The notes beneath the pieces were generated by a model. That model was given only the letters and a program-made list of their open reading frames with translations. It ran no database searches and was not told where the DNA came from. From assembly GCA_965206745.1 (NCBI GenBank), contig OZ242220.1, forward strand, positions 288,001 through 352,000: 64,000 bases of DNA. The letters are read 5' to 3'. Source of the DNA: Nitrosopumilus sp. Its GTDB lineage: Archaea; Thermoproteota; Nitrososphaeria; Nitrososphaerales; Nitrosopumilaceae. Position numbers and translations under genes: made by a program. Positions 7,978-18,300 of this stretch are shown piece after piece; the first letter of the stretch is position 1; every line of letters starts with the position of its first letter.

Positions 7978-8681
7978 AGATCATTCCTGCAATTGACCTG
8001 ATGGACGGCAAGGTTGTAAGGCTGTACAAGGGGGATCCCAGCCAAAAAACTGTGTATAGCGATGATCCTGTAAAAATTGCCAAGCAATGGGAGTCTGCAG
8101 GTGCCGACATCCTTCACCTGGTGGACTTGGATGCTACCCTTGGCTTGGGCTCCAACCTTGATGTGATCAAAAAAATTCTTGATGCAGTTACAGTCCCCGT
8201 CCAAGTTGCAGGCGGATTAAGGGAAAAGTCGCTGGCCCTGGAAATGGCCCGTCTCTCTGACCGCATCGTCCTTGGAACCCTGGCATTTAAAGACAAGGAA
8301 CTGCTAAAACTATTATTGCACCAGCTTGGTCCGGAAAAAATCGTGATATCAGTTGATCACAGAGACGGTGAGATAGTGATTCATGGCTGGCAAGACGATG
8401 CGGGAATCCAACTGATTCCTGCAATCAAGGAATTTTTAGAGATGGGGTTTACCGAATTTTTGCTAACAAATGTCAATCGTGATGGAACCTTGGAAGGACC
8501 GGATTTGGAATTTTTAGAACAGGCATGCATGTCTTCAGATGCAAACGTGATTGCCAGTGGGGGGATCTCCAATATACGCGATGTTGAGGATGTAAGGGAA
8601 AAAAACGCATATGGTGTAATTCTTGGAAAGGCACTTTATGAGAAAAAGATCTCAATTGAGGATGCAAAGAAATTATCATGA
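7974..8681 (+). CDS. hisA: ProFAR isomerase
   Basis: IIPAIDL, LHLVDLD, VAGG, DGTLEGPD and IASGG motifs; operon context. Confidence 0.97.
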   Translation: MKIIPAIDLMDGKVVRLYKGDPSQKTVYSDDPVKIAKQWESAGADILHLVDLDATLGLGSNLDVIKKILDAVTVPVQVAGGLREKSLALEMARLSDRIVLGTLAFKDKELLKLLLHQLGPEKIVISVDHRDGEIVIHGWQDDAGIQLIPAIKEFLEMGFTEFLLTNVNRDGTLEGPDLEFLEQACMSSDANVIASGGISNIRDVEDVREKNAYGVILGKALYEKKISIEDAKKLS

Positions 8682-9481
8682 CACTGACTAAAAGAATCAT
8701 CCCATGTTTGGATGTAAGAGATGGCAGAGTAGTCAAGGGATTGCATTTTGAGTCGATAAAGGACGCAGGAGATCCTGTGGAGCTGGCAGAAAAGTACAGC
8801 AACGAGGGGGCAGACGAGCTAGTCTTTTTGGACATTACTGCATCTGATGAGCAGCGCAAGACAATCAAGGATCTGGTCAGAAGGGTTGCATCCGTAATTG
8901 ACATTCCCTTTACCGTGGGTGGCGGGGTAAAGTCGTTGGAGGATGCAAGGAACATCCTGCTTAATGGGGCAGACAAGGTCGGAATCAATACCGGGGCGAT
9001 AAAAAATCCCAAAATCATCACAGAGTTGATGGCGCTGTTTGGCCGCCAATGCGTTGTAGTGGCAGTTGATGCCAAAAGAAACTTTGATCCCACCGGCAGA
9101 AAAAATGTTTTTACTGAAAATGGGAGACAGTTCTGGTTTGAGGTCTTCATTTACGGCGGAAAGGAGGGAACCGGCATAGATGTCATAGAGTGGGTAAAAG
9201 ATGCGCAGAGACTCGGCGCAGGCGAGATTCTTCTTACCAGTATTGACAAGGACGGGACAAAGGACGGCTATGATATTCTACTAACACGCAAGGTCGTAGA
9301 GTCTGTCTCCATACCTGTAATTGCCTCAGGGGGGTGCGGAGATCCGGATGATATGATCAGCGTCTTTAAGGAATCCGATGTGGATGCTGCCTTGGCTGCC
9401 TCGATATTCCACTATAACAAGCACGGCGTAAATGGCGTAAAGTCCCATTTGAAGAGCAACAAAATCCCTGTAAGGTTATAA
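8678..9481 (+). CDS. hisF: Imidazole glycerol phosphate synthase, cyclase subunit
   Basis: [22 protein letters not shown] and [15 protein letters not shown] motifs. Confidence 0.97.
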   Translation: MTLTKRIIPCLDVRDGRVVKGLHFESIKDAGDPVELAEKYSNEGADELVFLDITASDEQRKTIKDLVRRVASVIDIPFTVGGGVKSLEDARNILLNGADKVGINTGAIKNPKIITELMALFGRQCVVVAVDAKRNFDPTGRKNVFTENGRQFWFEVFIYGGKEGTGIDVIEWVKDAQRLGAGEILLTSIDKDGTKDGYDILLTRKVVESVSIPVIASGGCGDPDDMISVFKESDVDAALAASIFHYNKHGVNGVKSHLKSNKIPVRL

Positions 9482-9504
9482 TAGCTACTCTGCTATCTCC
9501 TACT

Positions 9505-9828
9505 ATGAAAAAATCTGTCAGTGACATAGACTTTGAGAAGGGTGGTGGTCTTGTACCTGTAATTGTTCAGGATGCAGACACAAAGGATGTCTTGACTCTG
9601 GCTTATGCAAACAAGGAATCACTGGAACTGGCAGAAAAAACCGGGAACTCTTGGTTTTGGAGCCGTTCACGAAGCAAGCTTTGGATGAAGGGCGAGGAGT
9701 CTGGCAACACTCAGAGGATTAAAGAGATCCTAGTAGACTGTGATTCAGATGCAATCATTTATCTTGTCAAACCCTCAGGACCTGCATGCCATCTGGGAGA
9801 GAAGGTCTGTTTTCACAATAGCCTGTAG
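9505..9828 (+). CDS. hisI: Phosphoribosyl-AMP cyclohydrolase
   Basis: [20 protein letters not shown] and ACH motifs. Confidence 0.96.
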   Translation: MKKSVSDIDFEKGGGLVPVIVQDADTKDVLTLAYANKESLELAEKTGNSWFWSRSRSKLWMKGEESGNTQRIKEILVDCDSDAIIYLVKPSGPACHLGEKVCFHNSL

Positions 9829-9835
9829 GAACAAT

Positions 9836-10423
9836 TCAGCATACGGGCTCGTATCTTTCCTCCTCGCCTGGAAGAATCTCATCTGTCATTTCAAACTCCA
9901 AGTCCGGATACTCTGTTCCTCTAAACACGACCCTCCACTTCCCTACAAGGTCATCGATACTGCAAAATTTGTCACTCTTTGAAAGCTGCGGATCAAAATA
10001 ATAATTAAATGCTGATTTTGCTGATCCGTCAAATGGCAGGGTAAAGTAGACAGAATAGTGCGTGCTGTTTAGCTGGTGTAGCAGTACAATCTCGCCTTTT
10101 TCATTGTGGCCTAGCGGTCCGACCCTCATGTATATCTTCTCACCCAAGATGTACTGGCTTCGATCAATCTGAAACGATCCTGACGTAATCCACTCCCTGG
10201 GTCCTGACGAGTAATCATTCTCTATATCTATCTCTTCAATTTTATCTAGATTCCCTTGAGTCTCTGATGTGTTACCCTTGTCTGGATTTGCTGTTCCATC
10301 AAAAGAATCCCAAATCCCCATCTCATCAGATCCCTGATTGCTTGCTACTGCAACTGTGACAATAACTATTCCTACGATGATTGGCACTACAATCTTGCTG
10401 TTCACAAAGGATATCTTTGTCAA
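9836..10423 (-). CDS. Membrane-anchored thaumarchaeal hypothetical protein
   Basis: N-terminal hydrophobic helix followed by a soluble beta-rich domain; fills the gap between operons. Confidence 0.75.
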   Translation of the reverse strand: MTKISFVNSKIVVPIIVGIVIVTVAVASNQGSDEMGIWDSFDGTANPDKGNTSETQGNLDKIEEIDIENDYSSGPREWITSGSFQIDRSQYILGEKIYMRVGPLGHNEKGEIVLLHQLNSTHYSVYFTLPFDGSAKSAFNYYFDPQLSKSDKFCSIDDLVGKWRVVFRGTEYPDLEFEMTDEILPGEEERYEPVC

Positions 10424-10613
10424 AATAACTAAAAGCCTTACTCACAGTCTAGAGATCGGAGAAATTTTCCATTTTTGCTGATTTTTTGCCAATTTCCAGA
10501 CGATTCCTTATATGATGCCTGATCTCCCATTATATTTTTTAGTCGTTAAAATTAAGTAATGCTTAACTTGATATTAGGATTTTTTATCTATATTCTCAAA
10601 GGAGATACTGATC

Positions 10614-11828
10614 TTGACTAGAACTTCACTGCAATGCAGAGAATGCAAAAAAGACTATGATACTGCATTCAAGTATGTCTGCGAGGAGTGCTTTGGACCA
10701 CTTGATGTAAAATATGATTTTCCTGCCATTACAAAGAGCACGTTTGCAGATCGTGAGCATACCTATTGGAGATACTTTGAGTTGCTGCCAATAGAGAGCA
10801 AATCCAACATTGTCAGCATCGGTGCGGGCATGACTCCCCTTATCAAGGCTGACAATCTTGGAAAAAGATTGGGACTCAACAACCTTTACATCAAAAACGA
10901 CTCTGTCAATCCCACGTTCTCATTTAAGGACAGGCCTGCAGGAGTTGCAATATCCAAGGCCAAAGAGTTTGGTCTGTCTGCTGTAGGATGCGCATCCACT
11001 GGAAACCTGGCATCTGCCACTGCAGCTCATGCGGCCAAAGCTGGACTGCCATGCCACGTGTTTGCGCCAAGCAACATCGAGATGGCAAAGATCACACAGG
11101 CACTCTCCTACGGTGCAAACTATATCGCAGTTGATGGAACCTATGATGATGCAAATAGAATAGCTGCACAGATTGGTGACAGCAGAGGCATTGGCATCGT
11201 AAACATCAACATGCGCTCTCATTATGTGGAGGGCTCTAAAACATTTTCATTTGAGGTTGCAGAACAGCTTGACTGGCAGGTGCCTGATCAGTTGATAATC
11301 CCGGTGGGAAGCGGGGCGATGCTCAATGCGATATGCAAGGGGTTTGAGGAACTGCAGACTGTCTCACTGCTTGATGATGTCTCAAGCATGCACATGATTG
11401 CAGCGCAGCCGCACGGATGTGCCCCCATCGTTGACGCATTTAAGAAGAACAGCGATGACGTTGTCCCAGTTGAGCATCCTGACACTGTTGCAAAAAGCCT
11501 GGCAATCGGCGATCCAGGCGATGGCAGATATGTCCTGAAGCGTCTGCAACAGTATAACGGATTTGCAGAAGAGACAAACGACAAGGAGATCCTTGATGCG
11601 ATTTTGCTGCTTGCAAAAACCGAAGGAATATTTACAGAGCCTGCAGGAGGCGTATCGATATCCGTCCTTCAAAAGATGGTCGAGCAAGGAAAGATTGATG
11701 CAAATGACAGGGTGGTATGCTATGTCACTGGTAACGGACTCAAGGCAACTGAATCCATCATGAAGGTTCTGCAAAAGCCGGCAGTCATGAAGGCAGACAT
11801 TGGTGAAATATCGGCGGTAGTAAACTGA
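10614..11828 (+). CDS. thrC: Threonine synthase-family PLP enzyme
   Basis: N-terminal Zn ribbon; NPTFSFKDR (PLP Lys); ASTGN; EPAGG; TGNGLK. Confidence 0.9.
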   Translation: MTRTSLQCRECKKDYDTAFKYVCEECFGPLDVKYDFPAITKSTFADREHTYWRYFELLPIESKSNIVSIGAGMTPLIKADNLGKRLGLNNLYIKNDSVNPTFSFKDRPAGVAISKAKEFGLSAVGCASTGNLASATAAHAAKAGLPCHVFAPSNIEMAKITQALSYGANYIAVDGTYDDANRIAAQIGDSRGIGIVNINMRSHYVEGSKTFSFEVAEQLDWQVPDQLIIPVGSGAMLNAICKGFEELQTVSLLDDVSSMHMIAAQPHGCAPIVDAFKKNSDDVVPVEHPDTVAKSLAIGDPGDGRYVLKRLQQYNGFAEETNDKEILDAILLLAKTEGIFTEPAGGVSISVLQKMVEQGKIDANDRVVCYVTGNGLKATESIMKVLQKPAVMKADIGEISAVVN

Positions 11829-13159
11829 TGGCAGACGTCACATTTACCATTCCATCTGTACTGAATCAGAGCGGTGGGGAGAAGAAGATACAAATCTCAG
11901 TCGACTCTCTGACTGACGCGTTTGCCAAAGTCTCAGAATCAATGGGTGATGATTTTAAGAGAAGGGTGCTGGAGGGTGACGGAAAGCCACGCTCGCTGAT
12001 TAACATCTACATCAACGGAAAGAATGCAAAATTCTCTAGCGGCATGCAGACTGTTCTGAAGGACGGTGATGAGATTTACATTTTACCTGCTGTGGCAGGC
12101 GGCTCAGAGGATCTGTCTGCAAGGGAGCTTGACAGATATTCACGGCAGGTCATGCTTGAGGAGATTGGATATAACGGGCAGCTAAAACTAAAGAACGCCA
12201 AGGTCTGCGTTGTAGGAACCGGCGGCTTGGGAAACCCGATCACCACAAGGCTGGCTGCCATGGGTGTCGGCACATTACGCATTGTTGACCGGGATGTAAT
12301 TGAGCTATCCAACCTGCACAGGCAGACAATGTTTGATGAGGATGACGTGGGTCAAGTCAAGGTGGAGGTGGCCGAAAAAAAATTACAGAAACTAAACCCT
12401 GATTGCAAGATAGAGGCACTGGCAGTCTCTGTAAATGACTATACCGCATTGGAGGTTGTCGAGGGCTGCGATGTTGTAATTGATGCGCTGGACAGTGTCA
12501 ATGCAAGGTACGCACTAAACAAGGCATGCGTGAAATTCAAAATCCCGTTTGTGACGGGGGCCGCAGTTGGTGTTTCAGGACAGGCATTCACAGTTCTGCC
12601 AAAGGAGAGCGCATGTTATTTCTGCATGTTTCCTGATCTGGATGAGGACACAATGCCGACATGCAGCATTGAAGGGGTCCACCCGTCAATACTCTCACTT
12701 GTTGGCGGGATCGAGGTTGCAGAAGCTGTCAAAATCATCATTGGAAAAAAACCGAGCCTGTCTGAGAGGATCTTGCACATTGACTTGGAAAATCTCGACT
12801 TTAACAGCACCCGAACATTCAGAGCCGATGAATGCCCGGTTTGTGGTACAGGCAAGCTACAGGTTGTCGAGAAAGAGGAGTTGATCTTGGAGGAACTGTG
12901 TGGCAGAAACAGGGGAAAACGCACGTACTCTATTACCCCGACCCGGATATTTGATCTTGATGTGGCCAGTGTAACTACCAATGCCAAAGAAAAGGGGTTC
13001 ATTGTGGAGAATCTGGGAAATCTGGGACTGTCCATGAGAACCGGCGAACTCTCTGTAAGCTTTTTGAAGAAGGGTTCTGCCGTACTAGTTGGATCAAAGG
13101 ACGAGGCAGATGCCATATCCCTCTACAAGAGTTTGCTAGGTCAGGAGATCAGGGCCTAA
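11828..13159 (+). CDS. MoaD/ThiS ubiquitin-like domain fused to a ThiF/MoeB (UbaA-like) E1 enzyme
   Basis: Beta-grasp domain ending LPAVAGG; RYSRQ, GTGGLG, SNLHRQ, CYFC and CPVC motifs. Confidence 0.9.
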   Translation: MADVTFTIPSVLNQSGGEKKIQISVDSLTDAFAKVSESMGDDFKRRVLEGDGKPRSLINIYINGKNAKFSSGMQTVLKDGDEIYILPAVAGGSEDLSARELDRYSRQVMLEEIGYNGQLKLKNAKVCVVGTGGLGNPITTRLAAMGVGTLRIVDRDVIELSNLHRQTMFDEDDVGQVKVEVAEKKLQKLNPDCKIEALAVSVNDYTALEVVEGCDVVIDALDSVNARYALNKACVKFKIPFVTGAAVGVSGQAFTVLPKESACYFCMFPDLDEDTMPTCSIEGVHPSILSLVGGIEVAEAVKIIIGKKPSLSERILHIDLENLDFNSTRTFRADECPVCGTGKLQVVEKEELILEELCGRNRGKRTYSITPTRIFDLDVASVTTNAKEKGFIVENLGNLGLSMRTGELSVSFLKKGSAVLVGSKDEADAISLYKSLLGQEIRA

Positions 13160-13269
13160 GACAGGCTATAGAAGTTTCACACAAAATCTAAAAAATCCGA
13201 TGATCAGCTCCCCTCTTGCTAGATAACCCCCTTGAATTACTTTAATGTGCCAGAGTTGACAAATCTATA

Positions 13270-14370
13270 ATGGTTAGAAATACAATGCTGGTACTCTTCA
13301 CAGTACTAGCTATCGGAATGATGACAGTACCTGCATATGCAGAGACACAACTATCCCCACTAAAACAGTTCAACATGGGCATTCCAATAGGACAAATCCA
13401 GTGCAATGAGAATAAGGTGCTGATGCTGTCCAACTCAGGTAGACTATCATGCATCACTGTTGACACGTCTGTTATTTTGGCAGACAGGGGTTTTTCATTT
13501 GTAAACTACTCTGATGAAAAAGCCCACTTTGAGGATTCAACAACCACGATCACGTCTTTGGCTCCAGAAGGTGGTCATGCCTTTATGGGTGGATACAGGG
13601 CTGATGTTTCATTAGAGTTTCCAAATAGCATAAGTATTGGTGAAGAGTTTGCCATTAACTTTGTAGTTGATCCAAGAACTGATAACGCATCAGATATACT
13701 TGATACTATGATTTATCATCATACTGGATTTGTGCCAACAGACTTTGAGATTCTAACTGAATTTGATAGTTTGGTTGTTGCACGAGTTGACAAATATGAA
13801 CATCATGGACAGTATCGATATGATGATTTTTTCACTGAATCCATGGTTGACAAAGAAAAGAATACCATTGTCGGTTCAATAAATCTCAAATTAAATGATG
13901 AGATGGTTCATGAATTTGATTATTTTGCACTTAATGCAGGTCTTGCTCATGTGAGTTTAATGTTTGAAAAGACAGACGGTGGTGCAATATTATACAAGGG
14001 CGATCTTAGAAAAATTGTTGAGATAGAATCAGACAGATATAGAAATGATGGAGTTGATGATCCTAACACATTTGATTTTGATGCATACGAGCCCAAAGCT
14101 TTAGGTCCCGATGGCCTCCCACCTGATGATAACATCAACATCTATCCTGAAGATGTTGAGCCTGTATATTATGTTCCAAAAGAATCTTGGGAGTACTTTG
14201 CAGAAATGATAAGACATGTTGAAAGTGAGTATGGTGTAAAGAATTTTACTTCTTTTATAGTGGATCATATGGGATTCTCTAAAGAATTTGCAGATGAATA
14301 CATTGAAGCATATCCGGAATTCCAAACCCAAGGCATAGAAACTGGTGTATTTTCCAGAAGTAATATCTAG
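13270..14370 (+). CDS. Secreted thaumarchaeal protein with PLKQ-C-C domain
   Basis: Signal peptide ending PAYA; PLKQFNMGIPIGQIQC...LSC...RGF; AT-richer than its flanks. Confidence 0.75.
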   Translation: MVRNTMLVLFTVLAIGMMTVPAYAETQLSPLKQFNMGIPIGQIQCNENKVLMLSNSGRLSCITVDTSVILADRGFSFVNYSDEKAHFEDSTTTITSLAPEGGHAFMGGYRADVSLEFPNSISIGEEFAINFVVDPRTDNASDILDTMIYHHTGFVPTDFEILTEFDSLVVARVDKYEHHGQYRYDDFFTESMVDKEKNTIVGSINLKLNDEMVHEFDYFALNAGLAHVSLMFEKTDGGAILYKGDLRKIVEIESDRYRNDGVDDPNTFDFDAYEPKALGPDGLPPDDNINIYPEDVEPVYYVPKESWEYFAEMIRHVESEYGVKNFTSFIVDHMGFSKEFADEYIEAYPEFQTQGIETGVFSRSNI

Positions 14371-14393
14371 GAGAAGATTGGCAATTAATTAAA

Positions 14394-15365
14394 ATGAAGT
14401 TCCAAATACTGCTTTCCGTTTTAGTTGTCTTTCTGCTGGCGCATGCCCCTGATGCTTTTTCTGCAGAACTTGTACTGTCCACAAACGGCAAGGTCTATTC
14501 CCCTGAGCACACTTTGCAAGTGTATGGCAAAGGACTGCCTGAGGAGGATCTAATCCTACGACTCTTCTCCCCGGATGAATCCATTGCAAAGTTTGATCAG
14601 ATAACCACAAAACCCGATGGCTCCTTTAACTATGATCTGCTTACCTGGCCTGAGCCATCAACAAGCTTTCCCTATGGAACCTACACAGTTGAGCTAATCA
14701 GCACAAAACAAAACGGGATCTCTGAAAAAATCGACGTGAAATTTTCATCCACCACCGAACTGCTTGACGTGACTGTCGAGAGGTTTGTGAACACTTTGGT
14801 CTTTGCACCTGAGACTGCGGCAATTGGCCAGTCCTTTAGAGTCTTTGTGCAGACGACAAGTGACGGCCTTTTGGTTGGAAACGAGCCATCCAAGCTGTTG
14901 GGCTCAACGCATGTTCACCTGCCATCTGGCGTCTCTGTTACCCTGTCTAGTTCATTTAAGACGCTGCACCAGGGACTGTACTTTGTAGATTACACGCCCG
15001 TAGAGGAGGGCACCCACGTGTTTCACGTGGTTGCATTTAGTCAAGGAACCACGTCGCATGGTTCTGCTGCCACCAACGTTCTGAGTCAGGATCTTGGGGG
15101 CATATCCGAGCAGATAATCAAGCTAAACTCTGTCCTAAAAGAGACGTCTGAGGAGCTTGACATTCTTCAATCCGAGATTGAGGGGTTTGATAATACCTTG
15201 GACTATGCAATAAGCCAGATAGATCAAAATATCGGCACCTTTGCACTTTCTGCAAGGTCCATCAGCGAATCGTCTGCACAGCTAAATGCATTGCTACTGC
15301 CAATCATTGCATCCATTGGACTAATTGTCGCACTGCAGGTTGCAATCCTTTCTAGAAGAAGATAG
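14394..15365 (+). CDS. Secreted, C-terminally anchored hypothetical protein (Ig-like domains plus coiled coil)
   Basis: Signal peptide; heptad region; C-terminal TM helix followed by RRR. Confidence 0.8.
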   Translation: MKFQILLSVLVVFLLAHAPDAFSAELVLSTNGKVYSPEHTLQVYGKGLPEEDLILRLFSPDESIAKFDQITTKPDGSFNYDLLTWPEPSTSFPYGTYTVELISTKQNGISEKIDVKFSSTTELLDVTVERFVNTLVFAPETAAIGQSFRVFVQTTSDGLLVGNEPSKLLGSTHVHLPSGVSVTLSSSFKTLHQGLYFVDYTPVEEGTHVFHVVAFSQGTTSHGSAATNVLSQDLGGISEQIIKLNSVLKETSEELDILQSEIEGFDNTLDYAISQIDQNIGTFALSARSISESSAQLNALLLPIIASIGLIVALQVAILSRRR

Positions 15366-15396
15366 TTATAATAATACAGCAATGGCAAACAACTTG

Positions 15397-18300
15397 ATGA
15401 TGATGCCCAAAGTGGCGATTTTCTCTCTCATGCTGCTCTTCTTGCCAATGCTGGGTATCTCAAACGCATTGATTCCAGTTGATCTAAAAAGTAGCAGTGA
15501 TGTACCAAACATCCCGCTCCTTGATTCTGATATAGTTGAAATTAACCCTGATTTTTTTACTGAAAATAATTTCAAGAGATACCTGATCTTTGGTAGCAGT
15601 TCCCAAGATAGCAGTGCCCTGAAAACCAACTCGATTCACGGGATTCACTCCGATACCGGATTCTTTTACGTGTCCCTTTTGAGTGAAACCTTGGCATCGA
15701 ACCTGGCTGAACAGGGGTATCATATCATTGAAGATTTCAAGTTGGACTTTTACTCATCTGATGAGCAGGTTCCTGATGCTTCTAGAATCGGCAACGTTAC
15801 TGGCTCTAATCTGGCAAAGGCAAAGTACGATTCCACAGGAAACGGCACCGTTGTTGCAATAGTGGATACGGGCGTTGATTTTTCAAATCCCGACATACAG
15901 CACTCGCTTGCACGGGACAAGATTAATCATCCCATCATGCTGGATCCCGACGGACAGGGAATCGTGCTGACAAATGCGACTTTTTTTGCATACATTGACG
16001 AGGATCAGATCATTCGAAACTACAGCAAACCGACTCCGTCTGGCATGACATCATCAGTCTATGTCTCAAACCAGGGGGTATTCCTTGATGTATCTCAGGG
16101 TGGCAGGGGAATCGAGATCGAAATGTACAACTCATTCTTTCCGCAGCTGGGCGCATCAGTCGTTTTTAATGGAACCCTGGTTGACGATATGAAGATCGGC
16201 GAGGATAATCGGGACTATATACAATCAAAGAGTGGGGTATACCATCTTGGCGTCATATACCAGGGTGCGGCAACTGGGGGACTGGCAAGAATTCAGGCAG
16301 TGCCAGTATTGGTCGTGGACTCTTTTACTCCGGGCGTATATGATACCATAATACCTGATCTGAGTACGTCCTGGGAGGACTATACAAGATATGATTTGGA
16401 GGCAGGAGAGAGACCAGACTATGACTTTGATTTCACCGACGAAAAGCCGATAGTGCTGGGAAGTGGAAAAGAATTTCTTGTCTATGACTCGGATGGTGAT
16501 GGAAAAAATGATTACAGTGCAGGAACGATCGGGGCACAGGTCCTTGATATTTATGGTGCAATTAGAAACAACTCCACTGACATTGATGAGCACCTCAATG
16601 CATTAAATGGCACCCTTCTGCCGGCGTTTGATTCTGACGGGGAATTTTTCGGAATCATGACTGATTTTGTGGGCCACGGCACATCCAGCGCCGCATCGAT
16701 AACCTCGCGTGGCCAGGAGACCTATGATATTTACAACAATTCAAAGAGATACTCCATAACTGGCGTAGCGCCTGACGCAAAGATTGTGCCAGTCAAGGCA
16801 TTATACTTTGGGGATACCGCGTTTGGCTGGCTGTGGTCTGCAGGATTTGACAATGTCGGTCATGATTGGAAGTATTCAGGCCAGCCAAGGGTTGATATAA
16901 TTTCCAACAGCTGGGGCATCTCAAACTTTCCATCATTTAACGCATCCCCCGGCATGGACATCCTGTCTATAATCTTGAGTGTCCTGACAACCCCCTGTTC
17001 TTTGGATGATGATTACTCTGGAATTACAATGGTCTCAAGTGCGGGAAACTCGGGTCACGGATACGGGACCATTGGATTGCCAAACGCGTCGCCTTTTGGA
17101 ATTTCAGTTGGTGCGACAACAAACAATGTGTTTGTAGGACATGGGCCTTTCAAGGATCAACCGCGGTTTGGAAACACAACTGATCATTCCAACCACGTCG
17201 TTGACTTTTCCAGCAGGGGCCCCAGTTCCATAGGGGATCCGAAACCTGACGTGATGAGCATCGGCGCCCATGGGTTCACGCCTTCGAGCATTCTGAAGAC
17301 TGCCAAGGATTCCAAGGAGGAATCCTTCTCCATGTTTGGCGGCACCAGCATGGCTGCCCCCCTGGTCTCTGGAAGTGTGGCAGTTCTAATTGAGGAGATG
17401 AAAAAACAGTCAAAAAACTATGACTCCTTTGCAATCAAGAACATCCTCATGTCTACTGCCACTGATCTGCACAACGATCCATTCACTCAGGGATCCGGCC
17501 TGGTAAATATTGAAACTGCATTAAATTACGTGCATGGTGATGATGGAGTCTTCATAGTGTATAATGACGCCTCGTATCAGAACATCAAGAACGTCCTAGA
17601 GCCTGCAATTGAAAAGGTCAACTTTACATCGATAGGATTCGAGCAGTTCCAGATGCCATCGCGCTCATTTCCAATGACGAGCTGGTTTGCAGGACAAATT
17701 TCCCCCGGAGACAGGACTACTGCCACCTTTACGATTGACAATCCCACCAACGACACCATCACAGTCGACATAAGCCCTAAAACGTTATCCCTGATATCAA
17801 GTACCCAGTTTGACGGGACGACAGATGTGCACCAGCAGGATTCCATTCTAAACGATCCTGACACCTTTATTCCCAACTACATAAGGCTGTCTGAAATTAA
17901 CAATCAAGATGGACTGATGTCATTTTTCAACAGTGATGATCCGATTCCCGACGAATCATCACTGATGATCTTAAACTTGAACTTTAAATTCGATGACTTT
18001 ATGAATGGCACATCCGATCTCTATGCAGACGATCTGAAGATCAGCTCCCTGTATCTCTATGACTGGACTGATAACAACAATGATACAAAGATTACCAGCG
18101 ATGAGTTATCCATGATAAACAGGGCAGGCTCCTGGGGGACCGTGCAGGAGTTGAGAGTCTCCGAACCCAATGAGAAGTTTGAAGGCGTGCCGTTAGTTGG
18201 AATATACCCTGTTCCAACCAGATACTCCTACTGGTTGGGGGACACCAGACAGAACTCAACGTCTATGGATTATACAGTGTCTGCAAGCCATTACCAAAAA

